The notes beneath the pieces were generated by a model. That model had not been told where the DNA came from. It searched no databases and saw only the letters and a program-made list of their open reading frames with translations. Positions 22,989 through 33,772 of a DNA stretch of 34,468 nucleotides are shown in pieces. A program made the translations under genes and the position numbers. Origin of the DNA: Octopus bimaculoides (Eukaryota); NCBI RefSeq assembly GCF_001194135.2, contig NC_068983.1:40686007-40720474 (forward strand), read 5' to 3'. The first letter of the stretch is position 1. Each line of letters starts with the position of its first letter.

Positions 22989-23264
22989 AATATTCCTCGT
23001 AATTTCCGTTGCGTTGTTGCCTTTATTGAACTCATAAAGCAAAATTTGCCGAATATGCTCCTTTGTCACTTCCATTATAGCTTTGAAAAAAATAACTGTT
23101 AAAATCGAACTGCACTCTTCAAAACTTGCACTAAGAATAAGTTTGGTAAAATTACTACCTACTTTCACAGCATGTTGATGCAGGTTGCTTCTCATGTCCC
23201 CCTCAGACTTTTAGCTCATGCAATTGAAAAAACTGCATTATTGATAGAATGACCCAATACCTTA

Positions 23265-23590
23265 CATCCTTAGAGTTTTGGAGTCTTCACTGACTTTAAT
23301 TTTAGGACGAGATCTTTTGCCTGGAAATATCACGGTCTTCGTGTTTTTCTTTCACCATTTTTGGAGATCATGCAAAACGTTACGTGTACTACCAGTCTTC
23401 TAACCAAACTACAGCAGATTGTCTCTAGAGAAAGCTGTAAGTAACGCAATAATTCACCGTAAATGTTCTCTTCTGCTTGAACTTGTGATGTTACATTTAC
23501 ATCGGCTGTGCAGCTAACCTCTAGAACGGCGCATGGTTTTTGTTCTCTGTCCCACAAAACAGTATCAGGTCTGTTATGCTTGAACCGGAT
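23265..23590 (-). mobile_element. RLE non-LTR retrotransposon C-terminal fragment (second lineage)
   Basis: KHNRPDTVLWDREQKPCAVLEVSCTADVNV..EENIYGELLRYLQ: PD..E endonuclease motif; related to 29480-29752. Confidence 0.75.
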
Positions 23591-23643
23591 TGATACTTTT
23601 ACAGGAGGGTATTATATGTATGCATGTAGCAATATATATTATA

Positions 23644-23681
<38 letters not shown>

Positions 23682-24569
23682 TGAGAGAGGGAGAGAAAGA
23701 AAGAAATATAGATATATAAACATATACGCATACATATATACATACATCCATACAAACATATATAAATACGCATTCAAATATGCATATATATATGTGTGAG
23801 TGCGTATATATAGATATAGTTTACTGTTTCGTTATAGGCATGATTAAGAAAAAAGTACAGGATTAACTAAAAAGTGCTCTATCTAGTGTGGGATTAATAT
23901 CATTTAGGATACACAATTTAAAAATAAGCAATATGGAGACACATGCCATGTTACATAAGTCTGCCAAATTATTGTATTTCTATAGCATGAAACTATCAGT
24001 AGCTCTTTTTAAAGTTGTATGTGTGTGTGTTCATGCATACATACACACACACACAAACACACACACGCACTCGTACATACACGCACATTAACACACAAAC
24101 AAACATGTATACATACATACATACATACATACATACATACATACATACATACCACCGACTTAGAGCATTAACACGGAAAGAAAGAAATCTAGGCCTATTT
24201 TGAACAGGTCATCACAGAGCTCACTGCCCGGAAACTACATAAGACGTAAATAAATATGGAAGCACAACAGACCAGAGCTGTCGACCAATGAGAAATTCAT
24301 TAACAGCGTTGTCATCCTGTGTGTATGATACGCAGGTGAAATACGTGTCCTTGTCTAGTTTGTTCTTCCTGAAACAGTCATATGTAGACAAGCTTCTATT
24401 AACAAGTTCCCCCCGGCTATGTTAGACATTCAACGGACAAAGAAGAATTCAGATATAATTTATATATTACATAAACAATCCAGAAAAGTTTTCGCAATAG
24501 TTATTCGTATGAAAGAAATTACATATAGCATGCACTTCAAATAAATGAACGGGGGCAGTATTGTGTGCG

Positions 24570-24620
<51 letters not shown>

Positions 24621-24642
24621 GACTATCTATCCTTCTATTCAT

Positions 24643-24696
<54 letters not shown>

Positions 24697-24706
24697 NNNN
24701 NNNNNN

Positions 24707-24744
<38 letters not shown>

Positions 24745-24766
24745 GACTATCTATCCTTCTATTCAT

Positions 24767-24835
<69 letters not shown>
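24570..24835. repeat. (CTAT)n microsatellite spanning a 10-N gap
   Basis: Direct observation; the internal GACTATCTATCCTTCTATTCATT variant occurs on both sides of the gap. Confidence 0.95.
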
Positions 24836-25255
24836 AAAACCAGCATTTATTGGTTTTGCACCAACTTGGATTTGACTTACAGATCGTCTACACCGATATA
24901 TTTTTCTTTCCTTATACTTTATAGATATATATGTGTATATACTTAGATTTACACACACGTATACGTTCATGCAAGCACTTAAAAGAATAATACAAGCATA
25001 CATACAAATGTATATATACATTCATACAAATATGTAATATCTGTGTACAAACATACATACATACATATATATAATAAATAGTTTTATTCTTATTTAAGAA
25101 TAATAAATGTGTACTCTCCATAAGTATAGATAACCCAGCAGATTAATGTAAATTGTTTGTATTATAACTTAACATTACAACAAACATTGACGTGTGAGAG
25201 TGCGCTCACGCGCGTATGTGTGCATGGGTATATGTATACGTATATATATGCGTGC

Positions 25256-25296
<41 letters not shown>

Positions 25297-25309
25297 TGAA
25301 ACTTACAGA

Positions 25310-26030
25310 AAAACAAAAGACGAAGACAGGTGTATAAACAACAAGCAGGTGTATTAGCTTGATGCTCGGGAAGGTGAGAAAGTCGTTTACGTTTCGAGCC
25401 TACGCTCTTCAACAGAAAGGGACACGATAACATAAAAAGAGGGAATACAAAAAACTTTTGGATTTAGCCGTCAATCATGGTGACCAGTTGGACGAATGTA
25501 GTTAGACAGGAGAGCTAGGAAGAAGGGGAGATAATGAAGTACTGATGATCCCAAAATGAAGGTGCACGTGCCTGTGTGTATGCGAAGAATTTGAACAGAG
25601 GCACGGTCCACGTAATTGCTCTGGCAAAGGCGGTGTGGTTAGTGGTGAGGGCATATCCAGGAAGGATGAAGTGGCGAGCCATGAGTTGAGACTGAGTCTC
25701 AAAGTCATGGTTGTCACTGCAGAGCCTACGTAGACGGAGGAATTTCGAGTAGGGAATTGAGAGCTTGGTGTGGGTAGGGTGGGAGTCGGTGTGTTTGTAG
25801 TAGTGAGGTAGTGAGAGCGGAGTTGTGTATATTGACTGAAATGTCGAGAAAGGCGACGGAAGTGCTGGAAATGTTGCAAGAGAATTCGAGGGAAGGATAG
25901 AAGGATTGGATGAAAGAGAGGAAGGAGTCTAGTTGCTCGCGGAAGAGCGAGGTCGCACCCATAGAGTTATCAATATAAACAAACATACAGAACGCAGCTC
26001 CAATAACAGGCAGAGTCAACGACTATTGAA
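25310..26030 (-). mobile_element. Penelope-like element: RT palm/thumb fragment plus 3' terminal region
   Basis: YIDNSMGATSLFREQLDSFLSFIQSFYPSLEF..S...VAFLDISV, followed by frameshifted KPTDSH and SIPYSEFLRLRRLCS motifs characteristic of Penelope RTs. The terminus carries a hammerhead-like motif. Confidence 0.85.
25381..25422 (-). ncRNA. Minimal hammerhead-ribozyme-like motif (variant core)
   Basis: CTGTTGA-A-GAGC(GTAG)GCTC-GAAAC-GTA: 4-bp stem II, palindromic ACGT in place of stem III, short stem I. The core deviates from CUGANGA at position 6. Confidence 0.45.
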
Positions 26031-26236
26031 GAGGGTGCAAGAAGCAACGAACATTTTAGAAAAAATAAATGAGTGGAAATCGAACCGGTGAGTGTGTTAA
26101 CTAATAAGACATGAAAACAGAATGACTCTCCCCAGGCACAATAAAATATGCTTCAGCAGACGAATTCCCATTGTGAACCTTGCTAGCCAAATACAAAAAC
26201 GAAATATATATATATAAATAGGTATTTTTGTATGGT

Positions 26237-26282
<46 letters not shown>

Positions 26283-26369
26283 GCTGATATATAAGAAATA
26301 TATCATCGAAACATTAAAAAAAAAAAATCATTTTTGTATGAAAATAAAAAGAGAGAAAAAATATTGTGC

Positions 26370-26497
26370 AATTCAACCTCAGAAGGATGAAAGGTAAAGT
26401 GGACGCCGGCGGGATTTGAACTCAGAACAAAAATACAGATGAAATACCTCTATGCATTTCACCCGGTGGGCTAACGATTCTGCCAGCTTGCCGCCTT
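26370..26497 (-). mobile_element. SINE family B, 5' half
   Basis: rc AAGGCGGCAAGCTGGCAGAATCGTTAG..GAGTTCAAATCCC..CCTTTCATCCTT. Confidence 0.88.
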
Positions 26498-26556
26498 CAT
26501 AGTTAGGCTACATTACCACCGGTAACATATCTACTCGGTATGGGCACGTCACTTAC

Positions 26557-26662
26557 CTGGCGTAATATGGAGCATACTGGTGCTACCTCCTCGGCGTGTT
26601 TCGCATCATAACTCTTCAGTGATATTGCACTATTTTCACGTTCTGCAAAGCCACAGGATTCC
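26557..26662 (-). CDS. Candidate exon (coding or 5' exon) on the minus strand
   Basis: Perfect donor CAG|GTAAGT and acceptor TTTCAG|G; one open frame, ESCGFAERENSAISLKSYDAKHAEEVAPVCSILRQ. The acceptor may lie in transposon-derived DNA. Confidence 0.35.
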
Positions 26663-26725
26663 CTGAAATTTATCGGGAGTTCCACGTTTTTAAAAATAAT
26701 GTCGAAGGATTCCGCGGCAAAAAAA

Positions 26726-27100
26726 GTTTCCGAACCACGGATTTAGCGATTAACTAAATATTTTTAGGCGTACCGAAATCATGCCCCTGTACGAATTCAT
26801 ATAGTAGTGTTTGCTGTTGTTCGCCGATAATGTTGTCTGTGAAAAACGTTTTTCATCGTGTAAACAGATGAGCGTATGACGCATGTGTTTATTGTATTTG
26901 GAGATGAGGAAAATATAAATGTCGCATGGGAACCATTGATCTAGCGATTAACTGAATGTTTTTAGGCTTACCAAAGTCATGCTTTTGTACGAATTCAGAC
27001 GGTAGCGTTTGCCAGTGTTCGCCAAGAGCGCTGTTTGTAAAACACGTTTCTCACATGTAAACAATGTGTGACGCATGTGTTTATTGTGCTTCAAGATGTA
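26726..27100. repeat. Diverged ~195-bp tandem duplication, each unit starting at a hAT-like end
   Basis: TAGCGATTAACT at 26744 and 26942; GCATGTGTTTATTGT at 26881 and 27073. Each unit is preceded by CGAACCACGG or GGAACCATTG. Confidence 0.75.
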
Positions 27101-27161
27101 TGCAGGCTTGCAGCATATCCTGTGCATACATTTTAGTAATGGTGCATACATTTTAGTAACG

Positions 27162-27480
27162 GGAAGGCGTGTGGTTTAATGGTTAGGGCATTCGGCTCAC
27201 GATTGTAAGGCCGTGAGTTCAATTCCCGGTGACGCGTTGTGTCCTTGAGCAAGACACTTTATTTCACGTTGTTCCAGTCCACTCAAAAATGAGTAGTACC
27301 TGTATTTCAAAGGGCCGGCCTTGTCACACTCTGTGTCACGCTGAATCTCCCTGAGAACTACGTTGGGGGTACACATGTCTGTGGATTGCTCAGTCACTTG
27401 CACGTTAATTTCACGAGCAAGCTGTTCCGTTGATCGTATCAGCTGGGACCCTCGTCGTCGTAACCGACGGAGTGCTCCGA
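27162..27480 (+). mobile_element. tRNA-derived CORE-like SINE family C, full length
   Basis: A-box TGGTTTAATGG, B-box GAGTTCAATTCCC, CORE-like GTGTCCTTGAGCAAGACACTT. Possible TSD TTAGTAACG / TTAGTAATG. Confidence 0.9.
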
Positions 27481-27675
27481 TTAGTAATGATAATGTAGCA
27501 CCCATCAACAGATGTGTAGCGTTCGCGTTTGAATAGTGTTTTACTATAAGCACCGAGCATTCCACCTATGGAGCAGGCTCCAGTAAGGTAGTTATACAAT
27601 TTTGTAACAGTATTATCTCTACATACAAGATAATACGGTACCTTGACCCACAAATGTTGTCCTGCTGTTCGTGAA

Positions 27676-27785
27676 GTACTAGGGTCGACTTTTATACGGG
27701 GTCTATGGAAAATTCACAATTTTTTAACCAAACACAAGGGGTCGACTTTTACATGAGATCGACTGTTACTTGAGTATATACAGTA
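27676..27785. mobile_element. Tc2/pogo-type DNA transposon terminal remnant
   Basis: Repeated GGGTCGACTTTTA sub-terminal motifs and an end TTGAGTATATACAGTA resembling TACCGTATATACTCGAG-type TIRs; the partner end was not found. Confidence 0.5.
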
Positions 27786-27904
27786 TATATATGTGNNNNN
27801 NNNNNAGGGGAGAAAGAGAGAGAGGGGAGAAAGAGGGAAAGAGAGAGAGAGAGGGAGAAAGAGAGAGAAAGAAAGAGAAGGAGAAAGAGAGTATTTTTGT
27901 CTAT

Positions 27905-28090
27905 GTTTGTCTCGAACCACCACTTGACAACCCATGTTGGTTTGTTTAAATTCCCGTAACTTAGCAATTCGGTATAAGTTATTGATAGAATAAGCACCAG
28001 GCTTAAAACAGAAAAGAAGTAGTGGAGTCAATTTATTCAACTAAAAAGTTCTTCAAGTCGGTGCCCCAGCATGGCCGCAGCCTAATGAAT
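27905..28090 (+). mobile_element. SINE family A 3' tail module
   Basis: CACCACTTGACAACC..CCAGCATGGCCGCAG matches 1668-1830. Confidence 0.75.
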
Positions 28091-28199
28091 GATAAAAAAT
28101 GCATGCTACTCGTTTGTATCAAACTCTAGGACTCTGAATGCGCGTTATTGACTCTCACGTGTTTGCTCTAAGTAAATATGAATAAGTTACTGGTTTCCT

Positions 28200-28583
28200 G
28201 TGTTTCAGTTATTAAACTGCGGCAATGCTGGAGCACTGCATTGAAGCGTTTGAGTCGAAATAAAAGAACTCGACACTCTTGTACATATTCTATCAATCTA
28301 TGTAGCTAAATCGTTAAGTTACGTGGACGTAAACAGACCAACACTGGTTGTCAAGCGATAGGAGGAGGACAAACACAAGCACAAACGCAAACACTGGCAC
28401 ATACGCAAGCACGCATATACGACGGTGTGTTCTCCCACAGTTTCCTTGTACGAAACTCACAAGTCATTGGTTACACCCGATCTATATAGAAGAAGACATT
28501 TGCTCGTTTGCGCGCTCTGGGATAGAACCCGAAACGTTGCGGTTGCAAAGCAAGCTTCTTACCCGCACAACCTTGTCTGCTCC
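28200..28583 (-). mobile_element. Diverged family A SINE with linker and tail module
   Basis: Reverse complement reproduces the head-linker-tail order of 1401-1830. Confidence 0.75.
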
Positions 28584-29148
28584 TTAGTAGAAATTCCAAA
28601 TAATTTAGCCATCTGTCTCATGTGTTTGTGTCTGTTAAAAGCCTTTCTGAATCTGGTTTTATTAATAAAACACAGGCTTGTTTGCCCCAGTGTCTCGACT
28701 GACTATTACGAAGTCTTGAAAGTATAAACGACTTAAGTTATCAATTTAACATTAAACAGCATAGCTTTTGGTGTGAAAGGACGTAGTTATATGTTGGCGT
28801 GACTCCCACACTATACAAGCGAGGTTTGGCGAGATTTCAACGCAAACAAAACGTGTGATCACACATTTTTGCTGGGCGGGTGAAAGAAGAAATATAAAAT
28901 AAAATAAACTAAAATAAAATGAAGGAAAAAAAAATATCTATGAGTGATGTATCGTATAAATCGTTATAAACAAGGAAAACATAACTGCAGCAATGTCACG
29001 TCGTAACTTGTGATCGGTTATAAGAAACAGATTATAAATAGGATATCGTGTTCACGTAAAGCAGATATTTTGGGAAAGAGAGAGAGAGCGTGGGGAGAAA
29101 GAGTGTTGTGTGATAGACATGTAGAAATAACAATGAATAGTAAAGTAT

Positions 29149-29330
29149 CGTGGCACTCCGTCGGTCACGACGACAAGGGTTCCAGTCGATCCGATCAACG
29201 GAACAGCCTGCTCGTGAAATTAACGTGCAAGTGTCTGAGCACTCCACAGACACGTGTACTCTTAACGTAGTTCTCGGGGAGATTCAGCGTGAAACAGAGT
29301 GTGACAAGGATGACCCTTTTGAAATACAGG
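29149..29330 (-). mobile_element. SINE family C, 3' part
   Basis: Reverse complement matches 27298-27478. Confidence 0.9.
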
Positions 29331-29752
29331 AAGAAACAGGAAGAAAGGAGGGTTTATCAGCCGAAGCGCTGTGTTAACAACAAACACGTTGAAGACAAAT
29401 ATCCATCAAATGTAAATAATGTAAATAAATGTACATAATTCCTCATCTCTTAAATATAGAATTGTATGCTTATACGTTTTTAAATGATAAACTTCTGGTA
29501 AGTTTTATAAATTTTTTCACTTCCAGTGATGGATTGAATCTGTAGTCTTTTTATTAGCTTTCTCCTTTCTGGTTTTGAGAAGCCTAATTTCTCAAGATTA
29601 GCCTTTAGGCAGTGTATTACATATCCCAGGGCCCCAGTAGTTGCAGGTATAAACCTGAACTTGTAATCTGGATAGAGTAACTGCAAAGTTCTCAATAGTT
29701 CAGCACATGTGTTCTCTTTTTCACTGATCTTCAGCTTTGTTAACATCCGCTT
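29331..29752 (-). mobile_element. RLE non-LTR retrotransposon 3' end (second lineage): ORF end plus 3' UTR
   Basis: KLKISEKENTCAELLRTLQLLYPDYKFRFIPATTGALGYV..LQIQSITGSEKIYKTYQKFII*; 5'-truncated at the (TATG)n tract. Confidence 0.75.
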
Positions 29753-29859
29753 ACGTATGTATGTATGTATGTATGTATGTATGTATGTATGCATGTACGT
29801 ATGTATAAAACCCCATAAAGAAGAGCTAGTCAAAATCATTTGCCAAGAAGTCGCATTAC

Positions 29860-30250
29860 ATCAAAATTTTCCTGGTCTTAGAGCGATGTCGAAACAAAAA
29901 CCAGGTGGGTGGGGGGGTCTCTCATTCCCAGTAATGTGGAACTCATGCCTAAGTCTGGTGTTTCTTTGATACATGGACATAGCTGAAAATATGCATTCCT
30001 TCAACACAGGCGGTGTGTTCTCTGCACCTTAGTTACCAGTATATGACCACTGCTGGAGAAAATACAGCTGACCATGAAAGGAATAGCAGGATTACGAGTT
30101 TACACAATATTGTCGTTCATCTGTTCTTTGATTTTCCGTCTGAGGAATTTCTAATAGATGTCCAACATATTTATAATGCATGTACACCATTGTAACTCCT
30201 ACTGGGAAATGAAACACCTGTAATGATAAATAAATAATCCTCTACATTTT
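29860..30250 (+). repeat. Unclassified interspersed repeat
   Basis: 29865-30072 recurs inverted at 31507-31727. Confidence 0.75.
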
Positions 30251-30270
30251 GAAATATTATATATATATAC

Positions 30271-30433
30271 GACGGGCTTCTTTCAATTTCCGTCTACCAA
30301 GTCCATTCACAAGGCTTTAGTCGGCGCGAGGCTACAGTGGAAGACACTTGCCCAAGGAGCCACACAGTGAGACTGAACCCGGAGCTATGTAGTTGGTAAG
30401 CAAGTTGCTTACCATACAGCCACTCCTGCGCCT
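30271..30433 (-). mobile_element. SINE family A
   Basis: Reverse complement matches the other family A copies. Confidence 0.92.
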
Positions 30434-30618
30434 ATATTTATATTTATATACATATGTGTGTGTGTGTATACACGTATGTATAAGGGAAAATAATTCAAAA
30501 CCTACATACACTCATATATATATACATGTATATAATTATGCGTCTATATATTTTTATCTATCTATATTTCTCTCTCTCTCTCTCTCTCTGTATATATATT
30601 CACACATGAAATACATAC

Positions 30619-30679
<61 letters not shown>

Positions 30680-30875
30680 CATTATGTATACATACACACA
30701 CATGAAATATACACATACGTACAATATGACTAGTTGTTATCAAGTTACTACTGATGTGATCAGCTCCAATTTCTATAAGCCATCCTCATTACCACTGCAC
30801 AAATTGATAAACGTATTTCATACTGTTATACAAGATATTTCCCAACTAAATTTCTTGATAGGCACAAATAAAAAT

Positions 30876-30944
<69 letters not shown>

Positions 30945-31438
30945 GAGAGAGAGAGAATGATGATGATGATATCTTTGAGGAGAGAGGAAAAAAATTCTGA
31001 TAACGTTTTAAACATTTCAATTATCAGTCGATAATTTGAATTTCCCAAGCTTCATACCAAGGTTTATAAGCTATAAGCTATCTTTTGACGATTTTATTTC
31101 TATCAATCGACTTGGTCTGCTCTTAATACCGAAGAGAAGACGGCGGTCATTAATATATTAAAATTCAGAATCAATGGTTTCCATAGAAACACTGCAAGCA
31201 AGTTATATACTTTACTAGAGTATAGATTTTGTAATATATCAGCTCAAAAACAGTTTCTTCGACATAGTTGCTGCTAAAATATCTAACACAATAACAACAA
31301 CTGCGATACTATTACCGCCAAAGATAGAGCTGTAAAATGTTTCATACGCAGCCAAATGCTATTAGTATTCAGCAATATGGCGAAATCGGAACAAAATACA
31401 ATATAGTATAAGAGGTTGTGCAATATGAGACACATAAA

Positions 31439-31489
<51 letters not shown>

Positions 31490-31490
31490 G

Positions 31491-31760
31491 AAAAGAAGAG
31501 TGCCATTGGTCAGCTGTATTTTCTCCAGCAGTGGTCACATAGTGGTAACTTTGGCACAGAGAACACACCCCGCCTGTGTTGAGGGAATGCACATTTTCAG
31601 CGATGGACAGATGTGCCACGTCCAGGTATCAAAGGACCACCAGACGTAGGCATGGGGTTCCACATTACTGGGGGTGAGAGACCCCCATGCCTGGTATTTG
31701 TTTCGACATCGCTCTAAGACCTGAAAAATGGCACTCTTCTTTTAATGGAACTCTTCTTTT
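31491..31760 (-). repeat. Inverted copy of the 29865-30072 repeat bounded by 17-bp inverted repeats
   Basis: AAAAGAAGAGTGCCATT (31491-31507) is the exact reverse complement of 31727-31743; a third near-copy lies at 31744-31760. Confidence 0.85.
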
Positions 31761-31810
31761 AATTTTGACTCTATATCTTCAGGAGGAGTTACCTCAATCC
31801 TTTCTATTTT

Positions 31811-31854
31811 TTATTATTATTATTATTATTAATATTATTATTATTATTATTATT

Positions 31855-31892
<38 letters not shown>

Positions 31893-32575
31893 CTTTGCAC
31901 AGCTACTAACGCTGGAAATGTAATACTGTGCCAGCTATTCACTATCAGTGAACTAAGGTAACACCTCTTATTTTTCGAGCACCATCCAGAGTATTCATGC
32001 GGTTCCAAGCAGTGCTGTTTTCTGCAAGTGCTCTACCCTTATTGCAGCCCCTATTATTCCATGTACTTCTCAAGATTTTTGTTCACTGTTTCCAGGATTC
32101 CGACAATAACTGCATAAACTCCTAAGCTAACTTGTCATATCTATTCTTCCTTATCGCATACCTTATTGTCAGCTGGGCATGCTATATCTATGATCCAACA
32201 TCGTTTACTTACTTTCTCAATTAAGACTATGTCTGGTTTCCTATTCTCCGTCTCATGGTCGCACTGAATCATAAAATCTCATAGAATGTTTGCATTATCA
32301 TTTTCGATGATGCCTTCGGTTTTAAGTCCGTACCCCTGTTTTGCACTGTCAAGTCCATACTTGTTGCAAAGTGTCCAATGGACAAGCCTTGCTATATTGT
32401 CGTGGCGTCTCTTCTATTCCTTTTGAACTAGTGGCGTACATTGACTGGTAATATGCCATACGGTTTCATCACTTTCTTTACAAATTCTGCACTTATCACT
32501 TTCTGATATGTTGTCTATTCTGTATTTGATGTAATTCGTTCTTAGTACTTACTCTTGGGCAGAGCAGATTAGAGA
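31811..32575 (-). mobile_element. R4/Dong-like RLE LINE 3' fragment: CCHC knuckle + endonuclease + 3' UTR + (AAC/AAT)n tail
   Basis: LICSAQE*VLRTNYIKYRID..DKCRICKESDETVWHITSQC..KRRHDNIARLVHW..IL*DFMIQCDH..NRKPDIVLIEK..CWIIDIACPAD..LQKTALLGTA; several stops. Confidence 0.92.
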
Positions 32576-33065
32576 TTGTTGTTGCTGTTGTTGTTATTAT
32601 TATAGACGTCGCACAGTATACAACATCGTGATGTTGTTGATTGAACATATTGTGTCTACTGTTTGTCAAGACACATCAAGGACCTCAGACAGACAGTACT
32701 GTACGCAATATGCGTACAGTTCCAAGTAATGTCGATTTTTGCAATACACCTAGATTGTAGGGCATTTTGTAAAGTTTCCAGGTGTTTCTTCTGGGTAGGT
32801 GCTATTGAAACCAATGCTCCGATGACAACAGGGACGATCTTTATGTTTCACTCTTGTAGTTTGCCACATCTTGGCGATCTGAATTTTCAGGTCTCCATAT
32901 TTATCATCCTTTTCTCTTTCTTTCATGGTAATAAGTTGATCTCCTGGCACTACCACGTCGATTATTAGGCACTCTTGTTTGTCCCACCTAAAGTCTAACA
33001 TATCCGGTTTGTCTGGAAGTCAAAGTTGCAGAGAATTTTTGCCTTTCCCTTTACGTCCATTACTT
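32576..33065 (-). mobile_element. R4/Dong-like RLE LINE 3' fragment with tail
   Basis: KAKILCNFDFQT..PDML..DKQECLIIDVVVPGDQLITMKEREKDDKYGDLKIQIAKMW..KIVPVVIGAL..LQKSTLLGTVRILRTVL, then (AAT/AAC)n. Confidence 0.9.
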
Positions 33066-33069
33066 TTTC

Positions 33070-33235
33070 TTATGTTTTCACAAACATTCTCTAGAACAAT
33101 ACATTGTGCAAATATATGACATCCTTGGCATAATACCAACTTGAACTTCTAATTTGTTGTCTCTTGAGGTCTTTGGATGAGAGTTGGAGTCAACTAGTGC
33201 AAATACAAAGCAAAAGCCAAATATATGATAATGAT
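33070..33235 (+). mobile_element. 3' UTR fragment of the LINE family at 34112-34375
   Basis: AAACATTCTCTAGAACAA..GAACTTCTAA(T/C)TTGTTGTCTCTTGAGGTCT shared with 34220-34370. Confidence 0.8.
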
Positions 33236-33279
33236 AGTGACGAAGAGTTAAGAAACAAGGCGAAAAAATAGACGTATAC

Positions 33280-33427
33280 AACCTTCTCAGATACGACTGT
33301 GAAAGATGGATAAGACAGGGCCTATTAATGTAAAAATAAGAGCATCACAACAAACTACAGCACATATCCAAGGCACACAGAGCTGCGCTCGGTAGTGCAG
33401 TGAAAGCACATGATAAAAATAAGACTA

Positions 33428-33489
<62 letters not shown>
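33280..33489 (+). mobile_element. Retroelement 3' end with (AAT)n tail (same family as 1-127)
   Basis: Direct similarity to 1-100. Confidence 0.75.
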
Positions 33490-33490
<1 letters not shown>

Positions 33491-33491
33491 T

Positions 33492-33772
33492 TGATACATC
33501 GATTAGAAAGCATTTTTTTCTTGGTGATCTCTGACAACTATATCCGGCCTATTTGCCTTAATTTCTCTATCTATGTGTATTGACATATCTCAGTGTATAG
33601 TTACACTCCCATATTCTGTGACCGTTTTCGGTGTGTGCCTATACCATCTTCTTTCTGTTGTTATTCCGTAGTGTTGGCATAGCTTCCAGTGTATATATGT
33701 CCCAACTCTGTCGTGTCTGTGAATATATTCTTTCTTAGTCAGGACTGGGCAGCCCAGAGACTTCTAAAGGCA
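33492..33772 (-). mobile_element. R4/Dong-like RLE LINE internal fragment
   Basis: GCPVLTKKEYIHRHDRVGTYIHWKLCQHYG..WYRHTPKTVTE..*DMSIHIDREIKANRPDIVVRDHQEKKCFLIDVS. Confidence 0.9.

Larger units (their letters stand above)
21820..23257 (-). mobile_element. Mariner (D34D) transposon, internally deleted, with two nested SINEs
   Basis: TA-flanked TIRs (TTGGGTCATCCCATAAATAATGTGG / rc TTGGGTCATTCTATCAATAATGCAG). N-terminus MEVTKEHIRQILLYEFNKGNNATE..RNINAVYGDRTISVSQCQQWFQ..SLEDE. C-terminus FH*DNARPHT..PPYSPDIVPSDYYLF has 34 residues between the Ds. The WVPH and first catalytic D regions are missing. Confidence 0.92.

Noticed and set aside
24150-24480. CCGGAA/CCAAT motifs and sub-60-aa frames on both strands
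   Set aside because: Short motifs are expected by chance; candidate exons hit stops and the peptides are unrecognisable.
24707-24800. Repeated CTAT variant block after a gap
   Set aside because: Probably overlapping contig ends across a 10-N gap.
27122-27159. 18-bp direct repeat beside SINE C
   Set aside because: Both copies lie on the same side of the SINE; a small local slippage duplication.
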